Origin: Mobula hypostoma | Taxonomy: Eukaryota | Direction: 5' to 3' | Assembly (NCBI RefSeq): GCF_963921235.1 | Contig: NC_086128.1 | Coordinates: forward strand, 20,460,001-20,524,000 | Length of the DNA stretch: 64,000 bases | Part shown: one piece after another, positions 63,501 through 64,000 of the stretch | How the letters are laid out: each line of letters begins with the position of its first letter | Numbering within the stretch: the first letter of the stretch is position 1 | Made by a program: the position numbers and the translations under genes | Notes under the pieces: generated by a model | Database searches by the model: none | The model's input: the letters and a program-made list of their open reading frames with translations, nothing else | What the model was told of the DNA's origin: nothing

Positions 63501-64000
63501 GTGGCCCTTTTTAATGCTTGCCCTGGATTTGTCGGCCTGCCACTTTTACTTTTCTCCTTAGTACTTTTTGCTTCTACCCTCACTTTACACCCCTCTGTCT
63601 CTCTGCACTGGTTCCTATCCCCCTGTTGTGAACTAACCTCCTCACGCCTAGCCTCTTTAATTTGATTCCCACCCCCCAACCATTCTAGTTTAAAGTCACC
63701 TCAGTAGCCCTTGCTAATCTCCCTGCCAGGATATTGGTACCCCTAGGATTCAAGTGTAACCCGTCCTTTTTGTACAGGTCACGCCTGCGCTAAAAGAGGT
63801 CCCAATGATCCAAAAACTTGAATCCCTGCCCCCTGCTCCAATCCCTCAGCCACGCATTTATCCTCCACCTCATCGCATTCCTACTCTCACTGTCGCGTGG
63901 CACAGGCAGTAATCCCGAGATTGCTACCTTTGCAGTCCTTTTTCTCAACTCCCTTCCTAGCTCCCTATATTCTCCTTTCAGGACCTCATCCCTTTTCCTA
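60557..64000 (-). mobile_element. Young CR1 LINE, continues beyond the window end
   Basis: ORF2 split by one frameshift near 63105 (63050-63679 APE N-terminus plus 60648-63077, 809 aa). ORF1 esterase C-terminus at ~63690-64000; TTTCTATG-type tail. Confidence 0.95.
60648..63077 (-). CDS. CR1 ORF2 (APE C-terminal part plus reverse transcriptase), 809-aa open segment
   Basis: MGDFN, LDWVL, SDHN, KSPGPDG, NYRPVSLTS, QHGF, YLDFQKTFDKV, QGSVLGP, FADD. Confidence 0.9.
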   Translation of the reverse strand: MCNKGTAVIMGDFNLHVDWVNQIGKGAEEEDFLECMRDGFLNQHVEEPTREQAILDWVLSNEEGLISDLVMRGPLGKSDHNMVEFFIKMESDIVNSETKVLNLKRGNFEGMRRELAKIDWQMTLKGLTVDMQWQAFKGCMDELQQLFIPVWQKNKSRKVVHPWLTREIRDSINSKEEAYKLARESGSPEDWEKFRVQQRRTKGLIRKGKKDYERKLAGNIKTDCKSFYRYVKRKRLVKTNVGPLQTETGELIMGSKDMADQLNNYFGSVFTKEDINNLPETVGDRGSSEMEELSEIHVSREVVLGKLKGLKADKSPGPDGLHPRVLKEVAQEIVDALVIIFQNSLDSGLVPEDWRVANVTPLFKKGGREKPGNYRPVSLTSVVGKLLESVIKDMITAHLKSGEIIGQSQHGFVKGKSCLTNLIEFFEDVTSRVDRGEPVDVVYLDFQKTFDKVPHRRLVCKLKAHGIGGKVLMWMENWLADRKQRVGINGTFSEWQAVTSGVLQGSVLGPQLFTIYINDLDEGIKCSISKFADDTKLGGSVSSEEDAERMQGDLDRLGEWANSWQMQFNVNKCEVIHFGGKNRKTDYYLNGGRLGKGEVQRDLGVIIHQSLKVGMQVQQAVKKANGTLAFIARGFEYRSREVLLQLYKALVRPHLEYCVQFWSPNLRKDILAIDGVQRRFTRLIPGMAGLSYEERLDDLGLYLLEFRRLRGDLIETYKILKGLDRLDAGRLFPMLGKSRTRGHSLRIKGKPFGTEIRKNFFTQRVVNLWNSLPQETVEASSLAILKRELDMALVTTGIRGYGGKAGAGF

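Overview
Eukaryotic, repeat-rich vertebrate genomic DNA. The repeat families look like those of a cartilaginous fish (inference). The main gene is an intact 11-exon HAT1 (histone acetyltransferase type B catalytic subunit) on the + strand: CDS 10680-40981, 1224 nt spliced, 407 aa, all introns GT-AG, with a small CpG-rich promoter. About 17.6 kb downstream is the first coding exon of a pyrin-domain (PYD) gene (58617-58899). The rest is a nested set of mobile elements: an internally deleted BEL/Pao LTR element, an IR/DR Tc1 element abutting the HAT1 promoter, a Gypsy LTR element with a tRNA-Trp PBS, many CR1 LINEs (one young, with a single frameshift), L1, Rex/Babar and RTE fragments, SINEs, Tigger-like, hAT and Tc1 non-autonomous elements, and hammerhead-bearing Penelope-type fold-back repeats. 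The most unusual object is a 575-bp GC-rich, hairpin-rich insertion inside the Tc1 (8579-9153). It has AGT...ACT ends and a 6-bp TSD, and carries a circularly permuted ~180-bp piece of the host CYHR1/ZFTRAF1 coding sequence between short inverted and direct repeats. Homology calls are from memory of protein and repeat families, not database searches. Boundaries of old repeats are approximate.
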